From Dudresnaya verticillata (lineage: Eukaryota), in NCBI GenBank assembly GCA_977862235.1, contig OZ374562.1:186001-250000 (forward strand): a stretch of 64,000 nt of DNA, given 5' to 3'. Position numbers and translations under genes: made by a program. The notes under the pieces were generated by a model. It ran no database searches, was not told the origin of the DNA, and saw nothing but the letters and a program-made list of their open reading frames with translations. This document shows, in pieces, positions 32,109-45,988 of this stretch (position 1 is its first letter; each line of letters begins with the position of its first letter).

Positions 32109-35100
32109 ATTCTGGCCACCGAAACACTTACCCGCGAATTCTGTGCTTTGCGGCCGCTGCTGTCCTGGCTTCGATCGAATCTAGACACCCCACCGGCTTT
32201 AACCAATCTGGACCCAAATTTTTTGCTTCCCGGTCCCTCGCCGGTCATCAGAAGTAGTAAGACAGATCCTGTCGTGATGCGTAGAGCACATACCCAAAGG
32301 CTTGCTTGTTCATAATTTCATACGGTGAGCGATACGGCCTTTCTAGCCATTCTTCCGCGGCCTTCTGCTCGAGTTATCCACTTTGAGCTACCTTCAATAT
32401 TCTTTTCACGCTAGCCCCAAAATGGTACCTCTTGTTTTCCCACTGCGCAAACGATTCAGGACTTCATCCCCTTCTCGGATACTGCGCTCTTTCTAAAAAG
32501 AGAAGGCACCCGTGATGCAGTAGTAGTCTTTCTTCAGCCCAATGGATGCAAGCGCGCACGCATGCGAGGCCTGCTACACCGGCAGAAATTGCGATTAATG
32601 CACAAAACCTCAATTGTACACAATCTGAGCTGCTACTCCAACTAGCGGGGCATATGATGTCTCTGACGCTCATTCGAAAGGCTCTCATGCTGCACTGTCC
32701 TCTCGAGAACGCGCGCTTAAATTGAACCATATTTTAACCCCTCCGGGTTGGAGTAGTTAATAAAACACTACTAAATGTTGTCCAATTAATTACAGTAGTT
32801 GTGGGTGCCACAATATTTTTGGGAACTCGAGATATATCTGTAAACGCTACCCGCTTCGTATTACCGTAGGTCAGAGGGCTCAAATAGGTTCTTTCTGCAC
32901 CTTCCAACGACATGCTTAATTGGTCGACCAGAATGTCTGCTCACGGCTTCACTGCTCTTGCGACAACACCACCAAAAAAATATCCGCATCTCCTGCTCTT
33001 CCTATCCACCGGTCATTGACAGGCTTTAAACACCATCATGTGGTATCTTACCAAAACTTTAGATCGAAGCTTACATGGACAGAATGGATACTACAGTATT
33101 GTTCATTGCAATTAGGCCTTCCTAAAAGGCCTGCAGTAGCGAGCAGAGCAGAGCTACATTTATTCCTTTATTCCTTTATGTCAGTTTAAGCAGACCGAGA
33201 ACAATAAACGTTTTATTATTATTGAACGCAATATATTTGCTTAGCTGTGCTGAGCAATCCCAGCCGTCTAGATCAAATTCGAAACACCTTCTCGTAAATT
33301 AATATCACAGAACTGCAGCTTGCAATCATTAGCAACGTTTGAAGGAATTGCCAGACTGCAAAATTGCGGCTCACAGTCCATTCATTAGTCGAGACGAGGA
33401 TTGCCCTCGAAGTATCATTAAATCTTTTGATCGTTGGGTGACTGGGACAGTAGAGTTCCAGCAGAAGCTTTGCACATTTGTTCGAGAGCGGGATGCAAAA
33501 ATTCCTTACCGGAAATTGAGTTTACGATATGACCGTATGGTGGTCATGGATATCCTGACGAGGAAGCACCGGAACACACCCGAAACAACTTTGGAAGAAG
33601 CTTGTTTACTGTTATTATTGCGATGCCTTCCTTCTCTTTTGTAACATGTTATTGCAGCTTTAGGCAAATGGTGTTGTCTTCTTCCCAAACAACGCCTAGT
33701 CGCGCGCAAGAGCGTGGTTTGTTGCTACACGTTTCAGCCAAAAAATGAGAACAAAGCGAAAGCTTTATGAAAAAGCCATTATCCCGAGTCACAACTATGT
33801 TGGCCGTTACTGTAGTAGGACTTTTGCTGCTGACAAGAAGTATAAATAATCGCAGCGCAAACACTATTAGTTGTGGATATTGACGTCGTTCGGCGCTTCG
33901 TGGGATTGCAACGGAGTATCTTAGATATCTGGGACAGAGTCAAAAGAAAGAGATGGGGAACTTTATGGTAAAATATAGCTTTGCTGCAGGAGTCCTACTT
34001 CATCGCCCTGCCCCCCAGTGGCCCTTCCCATCGATCTTTCCCGCAGCAAGGTTTGGAAACTGTAAAAACAACTGCAACCGGCATGGGACATTTTATATTT
34101 GACCCTCACGTACTCTCGTGTCGAAACGCTACATCTAACTAGACTGGAAGCGACGGTGCGATATTGGATGACGTTCTTGTTCCCAGGAAGCGTGTCACCC
34201 AAAACAAAGAAGTTCGTTCCGTGACTGAGGAAATGATGCTGAAAGCCGCTGAACTGAAAGCTGCTATTCTCCTTTAAGAGCGTTAACACAGAAACCCCTT
34301 CATCAAGCGTAGGACAGCACCACTTTCTTCTTTCCGTTGGTGCCAGCAGCAGCAGGGAACGTATTATTTACTTGCGCTAGTTGTGAAGCCCACTGTGTCC
34401 ATCAGGGTACCACCCCTCTGGAGCACTCCTAGAATTATGTGCATCCACTTGTCAACTGCTACGGTATCCATGATCTGGCTATGTACAGTACCATCGACAT
34501 ACGCAGACAGAGCCAGCTTACTTCCCATATCTACCAGGTGTTTCGACCGCCGGACATTTGTCCCAATTTAACATTCAGCAGGGAAACGTACTGACGACCC
34601 GGCGCGCTCATTAAGGATACAATTGGAACGCGATTGTGCCAAGCGAGCTGTTCCCCGACAGCCGACTTCTGCCATCCTTGCGATACGCCGACCTGCGAGT
34701 TTCTACCAATAGCAAGTTTCTACCTATTGAATAGCCCAAGTTCAGAGTGTAGAGTGCGAATATGCTCCAGTTTGTTCACAGGCGGCTCCCGTCCAAACAA
34801 CACCCCACGATCACACCTAGCCTCTCAAAAAGCACCTGGATACAATAAAAAATGGAGCACATAGTACATATTGTACGTAGCACCAACCTGTGGTCTGAAC
34901 GAACTGAGAACCTGAGGCTCTTTGCTTTTAGCGCCGCGGTCCCGGAACGCGGTCCAGACAAGCGCAAAGCTTCTCGGTCTGTCGAGGACCGTCTCGAGGA
35001 AAGGCTTCGATCCTTCAACAGCTTTTTATTAATATTTCTAGAGCAGGTACGTGTAGATTAAAGTATTGTAGCGAAGCTCTGTACCATGTAAAGTCCACCA

Positions 35101-35651
35101 AATGTCTGCACCCCTTTTAGCGGGGATTGATCGACTTGGACCACTTGGACCACTTGGCCCACTGCGTGTATCCGTTCCTCGTATCCTACTGGGTATGGAG
35201 ACTCCGTCTCCTTCTTCGAGCTTCGCGCACTTGCCGGCTAGCCCGGCCTGATCTGTGTGGTCCTCCCATCCCGAGAGCTAAACCCTATGTTCGTGAAGAT
35301 ATCAACGACGGACGGCGCCCAAGGCGAAGCACATGGACTACAGCAATTCAAAACGAGCTCGCAAATGCGGGAGGGGCTATTCAAACTTTCTGGGGAAAAT
35401 CTGCATAAAAAATCACGATTGTATCACAAGTTCGAGCGGCTGCCAGGTTGCCAGCCAATTAGAAGAAACCAGAAACCACAGGAAGCAGGCAGGAAAAAGG
35501 CTGCTTGCGGCGAGGTTTTCGCATAAAACAGAAAAGACCCTGGCGTCTTTGGTCTGCGTTCCGTGACAGGTTGTGGTGAGGAACGTGCAGGAAGTCAAAA
35601 AACGAGGCGAGAGCCATCCGGCTGGCCAACCAAAGCGCAGAATGGTCTGCC

Positions 35652-36127
35652 AGCGTGACAGATCGCAACTCGACGCGCGGCTGTGTGCCTGCTCATTCGA
35701 GGAGTGCTGCACGAAAAAGTGCACGTGGACCGAACGGGACCGCTGGAATTTGTCCAATGGGGAGGAGAAACTGACTGCACCTGCTGTGCTTCAGAATCAT
35801 TCCGTACCTCCGCTTGGAAGTCGTCGCGCTTTCGTGTTAAAGCGCCGTTGACGCTCAGCTCTGCCCACTGAAAATTCCCTCAAAAGGCCGTAACGGAACG
35901 CAAGATGGGGCTAGAACAACGCTTAGCCCTGAGTCGAAAGCATAATGTTAAAATTTGATTGTGGGCTGACGATGCTTCCTGTTAATTTCAGAGGGGACAA
36001 GGCCGACCCACTTGCGCGCGACTGATTGAAGCATTTACACGAATTGGAAGCGTGCGAGAACATGATTAGAATAACGGAAAACAATATTTTAAACGGTTCG
36101 CTCACTTACGGGCGCCCTTGGGCACAT
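35652..36127 (+). repeat. ~475-bp dispersed repeat, copy 1
   Basis: Collinear with 42517-42989 and shares blocks such as CCGAACGGGACCGCTGGAAT, AATCATTCCGTACCTCCGCTT and CCTGAGTCGAAAGCATAATG. Confidence 0.92.
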
Positions 36128-38346
36128 TTGGGTGGTGACTTTTCTGATTTGCGACGGCGAAGAGGTTGCCTGGCGACTCGACACGTCAACCCTGTTCTGA
36201 CCATTTATTTTAGCCGCATGAAAATATCTGGTTGGGCAAAGCGCCGCCAGCAATTGTTGACATCCATTCATCTTGCCTGCACCGGCTTCCAAGGCGGCGC
36301 ATTGCGTCAATCTCGGGGATATGGGTGGGTTTTATTGGGGAACCATGGCATCCCCTCGGCTGCCTTTCTCGCGCGATGGTTCGCTCAAGAGTTTCCGACC
36401 ATTGAGCTGGTGACTGTAAGAACCCTCCGCGGCAGCAGAGCTGGGCTGAGCCACTGGAGATCGGCTTGGCGTAATGTCGGAAAAAGGGTCAAGGGCAAGG
36501 ACAACAATAGTTGCAGGCTATAACGGGCAGGGAAGACCTTTCTAACATTACAGTTCTCTTGCAATTTCTCGCGTTAGAAAGCACAACTTGACGTCGTAAG
36601 CTTATCATCTTCAAGGCTTACAGAATGTGCTTCGTAGTCTCCTTTTTGTAGTCTACGGTAGCTTCGGCAAAAGGCTAGGCTGTCTGGTCTTCTCTCCAAC
36701 AGTTTGCATCACTTTTGAATCACTAGCCGCTGCTCTCATGGACCGTAATCAGGACTGGCGGAAACATACAGGGCGGGCTCGTTTTGCCTTGGGTTACCAC
36801 GGTTTTGTGGCTGTGCGGAGGCTGACCGCGGATTGGAGTGCATTAGAAAGCATCGTTTACCGTTACCGTTTGTATCGCTCTGGATATCCCCTGAGTGAGA
36901 AGTTTCCATCTTAGTATCCTCCCGACAATACAGCAGGCTAGTTTCTACGTTGCGGTATGTGTTTAGAGCTGCTTTTCTGCCAGGTGTATAATGAGGAGCA
37001 ACTGTATCATATCCTACAGCACTAACCTAATAGTGTACAGCAAGTATACTGCTGGAAGTGTTCGAGAAACAAAGACAACTCGGAGGATATTTAGTGGCTC
37101 TGGTGAACGTTTCAGTTCGCAGCTTTCTTATGAGCCGACGCTGATCAACACGAGAACGACGCGGTCCACTGGATTATTTTGGACTGAGAGTGGAGTGGAG
37201 TGTTCACAAAGGAAAGGCCCAGAACGCCTGGCTTCCGACAGAATCATTTGTGCCGTATCTCCGCACAGCCCATATATTATGCGCTAAACAAGAGCCCCAC
37301 AGTTGTATTCTGCGCATGACTGTGGGTGAGTGTCATCCATGGAACCGGGTGGGAAGAGGATGCACGACATCTCCACCGCATGGCGAGAGAATGCACGACA
37401 TCTCCAGGCGATTGGGCTGTCAGGCTGAGCGTCTCTGATTACACACTCTCAAACGTAACTTGCGTGAACGGTCCTCGTTGCGAGGTGGGGGGTGACGTTG
37501 ACGCGCCTGGACAAGCAGCGGCTCTCGCGATATCGAGCAAGCGCCGCCATTGTTAACAGCCACGGCTGGGCGAGAGCAGTGGCAGTTCGCAAGCCACTGA
37601 CGCACTGACGGCCATCGTCATTATTATTGGTGTAGGTAAGGTACTGGTCGCGTCGTCGGGCAGAGAGAAGGCCGGGTGCTATAGCGCATGGAACATGTAT
37701 AAGTTGTCGCCCTGGTCCGATGGGCGCGAGAATGGACCGGCTGTCAATGGGTACACGAGCAGGAGCCGAGTGGCCCCATCTGATACGAGGTCTATTGAGC
37801 GCTGGTGGACAAGGACCAAGGGCGATAACTTACTGTACGTACATGAACGACTGCAGATTGAGGCATTCCGCCCTTAATCCAGATTGACCGATCGGCCCGG
37901 ACCACTCTACCCAGAGACAGAGTAAACAATGCAAAAAGCCCGTGTGGTATCAAAGGTTGCTCTGCGGTGCGATCCCATATTGTGCGGTATTCGATTTCCG
38001 CTTGCCTCACAGTGTGTACAAGCTTTTGTAGGTCTGTCTGTGTGTGTGCTCTTCTGTGGCTGCCGCCTCTCCCGCGCGAAAGACAGTGAGCCTAAAACAG
38101 AAAACTTACTGCGTACTGTACCCGTGCAGCAGCCACCAGAGCCGTTCAATCCACAAGCGCGCGTCTTGTGGCGTATATCCCCTGCTGTATTGTCCGCCCC
38201 CGGCGGCCCCCGGCCGCGAATGTGAGATCGCTCCCCCCGTGATCTCGCTCCTCCGCATTCCCGACTTGCCCTCGTGCGAGCGCGCTTTTTCTTGGTCGGA
38301 GGCGGTTTAAACGATCGACATGACGAGGCCGCCTCACCGAATCCAC

Positions 38347-38353
38347 TATAAAT
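38347..38353 (+). promoter_or_regulatory. TATA box of the carbonic anhydrase gene
   Basis: TATAAAT about 115 bp upstream of the ATG, followed by a pyrimidine-rich leader. Confidence 0.55.
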
Positions 38354-38461
38354 ACTGTTGTTGCTCCTTAGCCAGATCCCCTTCCGACACTCTTTGGTAC
38401 AGCGCAATTTTCTAAGTCCCCGAAGAGCCGATTGTACCCAACTTCTAGAGCACAACTCGAG

Positions 38462-39307
38462 ATGAACTCCCTCACAACTCTGTCCTTATTCGCTCTCCTT
38501 GTGCTGACTCGTGCGGCCGACCCTATCGACGCGGACACCGGCGACTGCGCTATCAAGTCTGCCGAGGGAGACTACAACTATGATCCCACCGGTGGAAAGG
38601 GACCTGCCGACTGGGGCTCGCTGAAGCCTGAGTACTCTGCCTGCAGCGAGGGTAAATCCCAATCCCCGATCGACTTTCCTACTGATGTCAAGTATGCCCC
38701 GCTCGCCGATGGCCCGAAGCCCATGCTCATGGGCAACGTTTTTAAGTTCTCCGCGGGTGCCTCGAACTGGGCTCTGAGTTGTGTAACTGAAGGCTCATGT
38801 GGCACTACCATGTTCGGTGGTCTCAATTTTACTCTGTTTAACATCCACTTCCATGCCCCCAGCGAGCATACCCTCGACGGTGTTCAGTACCCACTGGAGG
38901 CCCACTTCGTCCACATTGGGCCGAACAGTGAACTTGCTGTGATCGCCACTATGTTCAAGTTCCCGGATGAGGATGAGTATTCCTCGAAGATCTACCGGGG
39001 TGGCAACATTGAATTCGGCAAGAGCGGCTTCATTGGTACTATTCTGAAGGGTGTAGAGAAGAACAAGGGTGAATTCGAGGTCTTTCCGGGTGCCGTCATT
39101 GACGCTAACAAAGGCTACTGTGTCTTCTCTGGGTCGCTCACAACTCCACCCTGCTCGGAAGGTGTCACATTCCTTATGTCTAACAACGTCGTCTCTGTCT
39201 CGGAGAGGCAAGTGCACAGATATGCCGTGAGCGCAGGCGCTAACTTCGACGGCAACAACCGGCCAGTTCAGCCCTTGAATAACCGCACAGTCACTTGCTA
39301 TGTTTAA
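38462..39307 (+). CDS. Secreted alpha-class carbonic anhydrase
   Basis: Signal peptide MNSLTTLSLFALLVLTRA, GPADWG, QSPID, zinc ligands HFH...EH...LEAHFVH, GSLTTPPCSEGV, NNRPVQPLNNR. Confidence 0.95.
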   Translation: MNSLTTLSLFALLVLTRAADPIDADTGDCAIKSAEGDYNYDPTGGKGPADWGSLKPEYSACSEGKSQSPIDFPTDVKYAPLADGPKPMLMGNVFKFSAGASNWALSCVTEGSCGTTMFGGLNFTLFNIHFHAPSEHTLDGVQYPLEAHFVHIGPNSELAVIATMFKFPDEDEYSSKIYRGGNIEFGKSGFIGTILKGVEKNKGEFEVFPGAVIDANKGYCVFSGSLTTPPCSEGVTFLMSNNVVSVSERQVHRYAVSAGANFDGNNRPVQPLNNRTVTCYV

Positions 39308-42300
39308 TGCTCCTGTGCACATATGCTTGTGAATGTAATTGCTAGTTGTTTCTTTCCGACACGTAAATACCTTCTCAGAATGTTTCGCAATTGTTCAACA
39401 TCACAGGTTACGACAGGATCGATCTAGCCTTCGTTTCTGAACTAATAACAAAAACAGATCCAGGAGATTCCTGCAGCTCAACGATTCGGTGCGATCTCTC
39501 GGAGTGAGAGGGAGGTAGGGGATGTGAAGAGTTCACAAACGCAATATGCAGATGGGGAATGAAGAGGGCTCGCACGGGCCTACAGTAACGAAAGCGTAGC
39601 CTTTCGCTTCGAAAAAAGAAAGGCTTTTTGTGCATTGTTCTGCAAACTCTTAACAGCAGTATTATCCGCAGGCTTTTGCAACGGCATGGTCCTCGGGAGA
39701 AGAGCTTGCGGACTTTTCTGAGATGCAAGAGAGCTTGTACGGATATTGGGATCCTGCGGAAGGAGGGCGGCATTGACGTCCACAACTCAAGAGAGTTTGT
39801 TTGTGGTCTTTACTGAGCTCCTCTAGGGAGCGGATGGGAAGAGTGTGTGGGAACTGAGAATACTGTCGCACCGTGCCGCGCATAGAGGCTAATTTTTGAT
39901 GACTGAAGTCTGTGTTTCTAACCCACGACGCTTCCGAGGAGGCAAGCAGCGTTGCCCTTGACTACGGTGGCGGCGATGTGCAAGAAGCACCGCTGACCTC
40001 GACTACGGTGGTGGCGAGGTACGAGAAGAACCGCTTGGTCGATGGACTACGAGTCTCATTGACGCGTCAAGCCCCGCGCGTCTGCGACACCCTGCATGAT
40101 TTTCCGTGCCTTCTCGAGCCAGCCACCAGTGGTCTTTAGAGCGAACGGGAGTAGCGAGTACCCGCCCCATAGGAAGAGAGTAACTTGCGCTGGTTGACTG
40201 CTGCCGGGAAGCTTGGGAGAACGAGTGAAGTAAGGCGAGAGAGAAAGATGAGTTTCTCAGCCGCGGAAGTTTCCTGAAAGGTACCCTTCCTACATCCATT
40301 GCCGCCTTCCTTTCAGGATGTTTTGCCTTGATTAGAGTCAAAAGCCCACGGTCAAGCCCCGCCCGGTATGGATCCAAAGACGAAAAGACCGAAAAAAGTC
40401 AAAAAAGGAATGAGGGTTTTGGAAAGACTAGTCGGAACGTCCCGAAAGTCTCAATCCCAACCTTCTCGGCGCCGCAGAAAAGTTTTCCATGTTGCTGCTC
40501 CGCATTTTATCCCAACTGCTATCAGACGAGAGCCATGACTGAGCTTGACCTCTGCCCTACTTTGCGCGAATGAAGGTATGGGACTTGGCACGGTTACCAT
40601 TTCCGCAATGCAATTCCAATGCCGGAAAGACTGCGAGAAACACAACGAAAGACTCTCCTTTATGATAGCGCAGTCCACGCGGCTGTTCGAGCAGTCTTCA
40701 AGCTTTCTCCCGAGGCCCCACTGCACACCCCAGCCGATCGTAGAAGACGCTCCACTGCTTCATGCTGGAACTGGCCTCCGAGCGGATTTCCGAAAGTCGG
40801 AAGTAAGCCAGGGTTTGTATCCCAGACGGCCCGCCAGCACGTGCTCGTTTTGCACGCTTGCGTATTCCGTTAGCTTGTCCCTCCGGGATGTTGGAGTAGC
40901 TTTCATCAATTACGACGCTTTGTTCGAACTTAGTGTGGCGCGATCGGGTGCATTGGAGTTGTCTGCATCAATCGTGCGACTACGATTCATCAAGAAAGAT
41001 CTTGATTAATCCGGCCCGCTGCATTCTTAAGTCATTCCAGGCATGGAGGATACAAATTCAACAATACAGGCGAATGTCATAAGAGTTACTGCTCTCTGAA
41101 GTCCGTGGATGTGTTCCTGTCTGGAAACAATTCCCAGACAAGTTTGACAAGCATATCTACACTGATGGTTGCTTAAAAATGACGATCTTTGTTTCTGGTC
41201 GGAGTCTCTGTCTGATATGACGGGGCCAGTGCTGCTAGCGTTTTGCTATATCAACATGCATCAGACAGAGATCGGGGTTCAATAGAGCGGATATGACGAT
41301 GCTGCGCTGCTTGTTTGACGCGGGGCTTGCCAAGCTTGCAGACTCGGAAACAGTTCCGTACACTCGAACACCAACCGATGCTCCTAAGAGGAACTCTGGA
41401 TTTGCGCATTACCACTGCCAGGCCCTTCCCTGCAAGTGGCTGAATCGCCACTGGCCTTATGCTCCGCCGCGCATTGCTGATATCATTGTTTTGCTTGCGT
41501 TGTAGTACCGCGCGTACACCGATGTGTGACTGCAAATATGCTTCCTTAGGAGTCGTGTAGAAAGGGTGCATGCTGGTGCACTCGCGCAGTGCTTCATTGT
41601 TCTCATAAGGATCCAAAGTTCGATGCCAGTTGGTGCTGCTAGGCGAAGACATTGCCGCAAAAGAAGCTGTTAATGCTTCAACGAAACATGTTGATCACCG
41701 TACTGTCCATACCGTGGAAAACGAATCTCGAGAGGCGCAGCTCCATCACATCCTCTCAGAGCACAGGCAGCACGGCCTTTCAGCCACAGAATGCTTGGCC
41801 CCTTCAACCAGCTTGCTCCTAGCAAGAACAGTTGAGACCAGTGTGTTCAGTCATGAGCAGCTGGAAGACACGTTTGGGTCAGGACGCAGGTAGGACGTCA
41901 GTCGGACTAACGCAGCGACATAGCGCGGACAGTTGAGTCTGAGGCGGACGACGGTTACCAATAACGGAACCCCATGGATACGGTACCCCGTGGCTATGCG
42001 CAGGAGCCGTACGGCGGCAGTACCTGCTACGCAGCAATCTACGGTACGGCGCGAAGGCGTTGCAAGTGCGCGATAGAACGCAGGCTAGCAATGGAGCGCA
42101 GGTGTCATCACAGGGATGTGAGTGGGCGGCTGCGCTGCAGCGAGGCTATGCTGGTCAATAGTTGACCACAGTACTGTACAGTGGACTCCGAGGGTGGTCT
42201 GCATGTCTGGATGCTGCGAACATGTGGCACAGTATGCTGTGCCCTGTTTCTGAGGGCACACGGGGCTGTGGCCAACGCGAGATCCCATCAAAAGGCCGAG

Positions 42301-42516
42301 ATGTTGACTAGATCCAAATCTGCACAGATACCTCGATGCTAGTTGCCTGCTCACTTTCAGCGTGTGGAACAGGATCTGATGAAGGATCTGATTGTCGCCC
42401 CAGGGGCATCACTGTCCAGCTCTGGTCTCTCGCGATTTCGATTTCACGGCAGACAGTACCTCAGCCCTGGCCCCGATCGGCCTGCAGAAACTTTTTTTGA
42501 AACTTCGCAACTCCTT

Positions 42517-42989
42517 AGCGTGACAGACCGCAGCTCGAGATGCGCGGCTGTGTGCGCATTCGAGGCGAGGAGTGCTGCACCAAAAAAGTGCACGTGGGCC
42601 GAACGGGACCGCTGGAATCTGTCCAATGGGAGGAGAAACTGACTGCACCTGCCGTGCTTCAAAATCATTCCGTACCTCCGCTTGAAAGTCGTCGCGCTTT
42701 CGTGGTAAAGCGCCGTTGACGCTCTGCCCACTGAAAACTCCCTCAAAAGGCCTCAACGGAACACAAGATGGGGGTAGAACAACGTTTAACCCTGAGTCGA
42801 AAGCATAATGAAACCTTGTTTGTGGGCCGATGATGCTTCTTGTTAAGTTCTGCAGGGGGCAAGGCCGACCTACTTGCGCCTAACTGATTGAAGCAGTTGC
42901 ACGATTTGTAAGCGTGCAAGAACAAGATAAGAATAACAGTAAACACAAACGGTTCGCATTATCGCGCTTACGGGCGCCTTCGGGTGCAT
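42517..42989 (+). repeat. ~475-bp dispersed repeat, copy 2 (same orientation as copy 1)
   Basis: Matches 35652-36127 with scattered substitutions and small indels. Confidence 0.92.
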
Positions 42990-45988
42990 CTAATCTGTTG
43001 GGAACTGCCAGTAACGGCTTCTGATAGCACACCCGCACGACAGGTCCAGCGCCTGGCACATGAACAGCGGCACCTGGCACGAGAAAGACTACTTCTAGTG
43101 TTAGAAGCATCCTCAAGACTTCTGTTGACATCCCCGGCTGCGGGCGGCACCTTTGGTTCGGAAGAGATGGAGGGCAGCGAAAATTAGAGAAAACTGGACC
43201 AGCCGGTGAGATCAGAACTGCTGTGCCTACCCAGCAGCAGAGCAGCAACGAACGGCGTGAGTGTTGAACAACTTACCAAAAGCGCTCGATCAAAAAGTTT
43301 GTGTTGAGCCTTTGCCTGAATTCTCCCATCAAAGCATATCTGCAGCGTAGAAATATTCGACTCGTCGTGGGTGCCCCAAAGCCAAGATTTTCTGAAAGAC
43401 GATGTTCTTGTAAAAGCATTCCTTGAGCAACATTCTTATCTTACACCTTGACGGGGATGGACGAATAGCACACAGACAACTGCTAGCGAAATATGGTCCT
43501 GAGGACTCGCTTGCAGAACCATCTATCTCGGTACAGTATAGTACTTTGGAGCTCTTGTTTTTTTTTCCGAAGAACAGAATACCCATCCCATCCGAGCCCC
43601 AAATACCATATTACTAGTCCTAGTGTGAGCTATGATGGATCACACACAAAGCTGGGCTTCCTGCGGCATAGGATTGCACCTTGTTTTCGAGTTTGAAACC
43701 ACAGCATGTAATAGCAAATGTGGCATGCATTGATTGCTCGAAACAAGAAGAAGACTGCCCCCAATACTCTGCGGGACGCGGTTGACCGAGCACATTTACG
43801 GTACTCACAGCAAGATTCCAACAGGTACGCGCGGGTCGACAGACCAACGGAACACAAGGTGCATCTAGGTTACTGTACGAACCTCCCTCTGTTCCACTTG
43901 TTCCCACATCTTAGCTTAGGTTTTGGTACGGCATTTCCAGCATGCAGCGCCAAGGGAGAAACGTGTCCCTGGGCGAACCACTCAAACAATTGGGAGCCGA
44001 TGATGCCATTATTTAACAACCTGCCACTAACTTTTGCAATGCGATCAGGAAGCGTTTTTCTTGCAAGAGCTGGCTTCTCACAGCTTACAAAGTTACAGTT
44101 CCCAACAGGTTTAATAAAGATTTAATATGGTACCGTCATATTTTCTCAACCATGCCAGTCGAGATGCGCATCACGCACACACATGCCCGGTGTGGCCGCA
44201 CACATATAATGCAAGCGCTTGATGTCATTAGAAGAGGCGGAAAAAGGCCACAGGAAAGGAGTAGGGCAGTGAGTTTAGAATGGACACAGAAGAGAACTGC
44301 CGCGCTGCCGCGTCACGTAGGCCGCAGTTATTTGTATTGATCGGCAGCGAACGCCTGGTAAAAGGCTGCCATCAATGCTTTCGCTGAGGATAAATCGGGA
44401 AGTGCTCCGCTTTTATATGCACGAGGCGACCTTCGACCGCACAACACTAGTAGTTTATGTAAACTAAAAAAGGCGGGATAATGTTGTCTTTTTTGTGCGG
44501 ATGTGATGGCCGGATGTGATGGCATTCGCAGTTTTCATAGCATTTCCCTGCGGGCATTTCCCGCGGGGAAGTGCTATGTTCGCGTTGCGTGTGGCAGCTT
44601 TGTCTCCGCCTGCCGACTTAAAACCTGAGGTCAGGCACACCAGCTCGGAGGCAAGGAGGACACTCGGGAAACTCCAGCCTCTGGCGTGATACCTTTTTCA
44701 AACCGTATAATAAAACCGCGCAAAATAAACACATGCAGGTTTCTGCTCCATCGAGGCACGTATCCATGGGCATTGCCCTCTCCTTTTCTAGGGCGGCAAC
44801 GGCATGGTCAGGGGGCTGGGCACCAATCAAGAGGGCCTTGGTCTGGTTTTAGCGGTGATCAAGTTGATGGAAGCCTCAGTGTTAACCTTATGGCGGAGGT
44901 GTTCTGGGCCAATGGATCTCCCGCTCCAAATGCACCGCATATGCTGCGACAATACGGCACAGACCTCGCGCCAGTCCCTTCAAGAGCCGTGTGTGTGAGT
45001 CATCACGGCGCGTTCAAAATGGCACGTCATTCGGAAACACGTCAAGTAAGTTTAGGTTCGAAGTTTTGTAGATACCGGAGCTGAACGCTCATTTGGTCTA
45101 ATCGCGCCCCCTACACGCAGCATGGCCCCGAATCCGAAGGGTTCGAGAGTGTTCTAGGGTTTCAGCGGTCCGGCCTACGCCAAAATGGTCAAACTGGAGT
45201 AATGGGAAAATACTCGTCGCGCATTTCTGCGCGCGGTGTTGTTGTTGCCAATATCAGTCAAGTCTGGAGATACTATATTGCCAATAATAGGCCCATCGGA
45301 TCGCGTCCCACCGTCGTCACATATCTGTATGTCACGCGCGTGCTTTTGTTCTGTTTTTGGGTTGCGGGCTGGTGTTAAAATCCCACTGAAAGAACACATG
45401 ATTTCACATCGCATGCTGAAGACCCTATTCTCTAAACCTCCTCTGCCAAGTTCGTCTGATCCAAACCGGGAATGGGATTGGACCGGAGCCTGTTTGCCCG
45501 GCAAACAGATCCCGCAAAGTAGATCCAAAGTTGTGCTCCTTCGGGACCAACAGGATTTGTGATCCTTTTTGGATGAACCACACCATTTTTGGATTTCTCT
45601 TCAATTCAACTCAGCAAATTTAGATATTCCAACTACCAACCAGAGTGCATGTCGTATTGGCTAACGGCGGGGAGGATTCCGTGATCTCCACTGCAACACT
45701 TTTGCTCACCGGTGCCGGATGTGAGACCAACTCCAGCATTTCTCTGTCGGGCCGCCTAATTAGCGCAGTAGGTATAGCGATTTCTCATCTGCCCTGTCGT
45801 AATTCGTTGCAACTGCGTCATCGCCTGCGCCTTCAACTTGCCGCCGCCGCTCGGGCATTTTTGAATGACGAGTGCTACACATTGCTAGCTGCACTTGCAA
45901 TCTCGTTCCCGCAGCTCAATTGAACACCTGCATCCCCGCCAATGCCGTTGCTGCCTTGTTGACAACCCGATTCTCCCAAGTCTCCAAC

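Noticed and set aside
32767..32777. CACTA pentamer at the edge of the gene-poor block (possible CACTA transposon end)
   Set aside because: No matching inverted terminus or transposase found.
33300..34300. Protein-like fragments with in-frame stops (e.g. ...DDVLVPRKRVTQNKEVRSVTEEMMLKAAELK)
   Set aside because: May be a decayed gene or transposon, but no family motif is recognisable without a BLASTX search.
35134..35163. ACTTGGACC-type 9-mer x3, and similar short duplications near 37360 and 39960
   Set aside because: Ordinary short slippage repeats with no supporting structure.
45118..45130. AGCATGGCCCC, resembling part of U6 snRNA
   Set aside because: No ACAGAGA box or other U6 flanking sequence, so a chance match.
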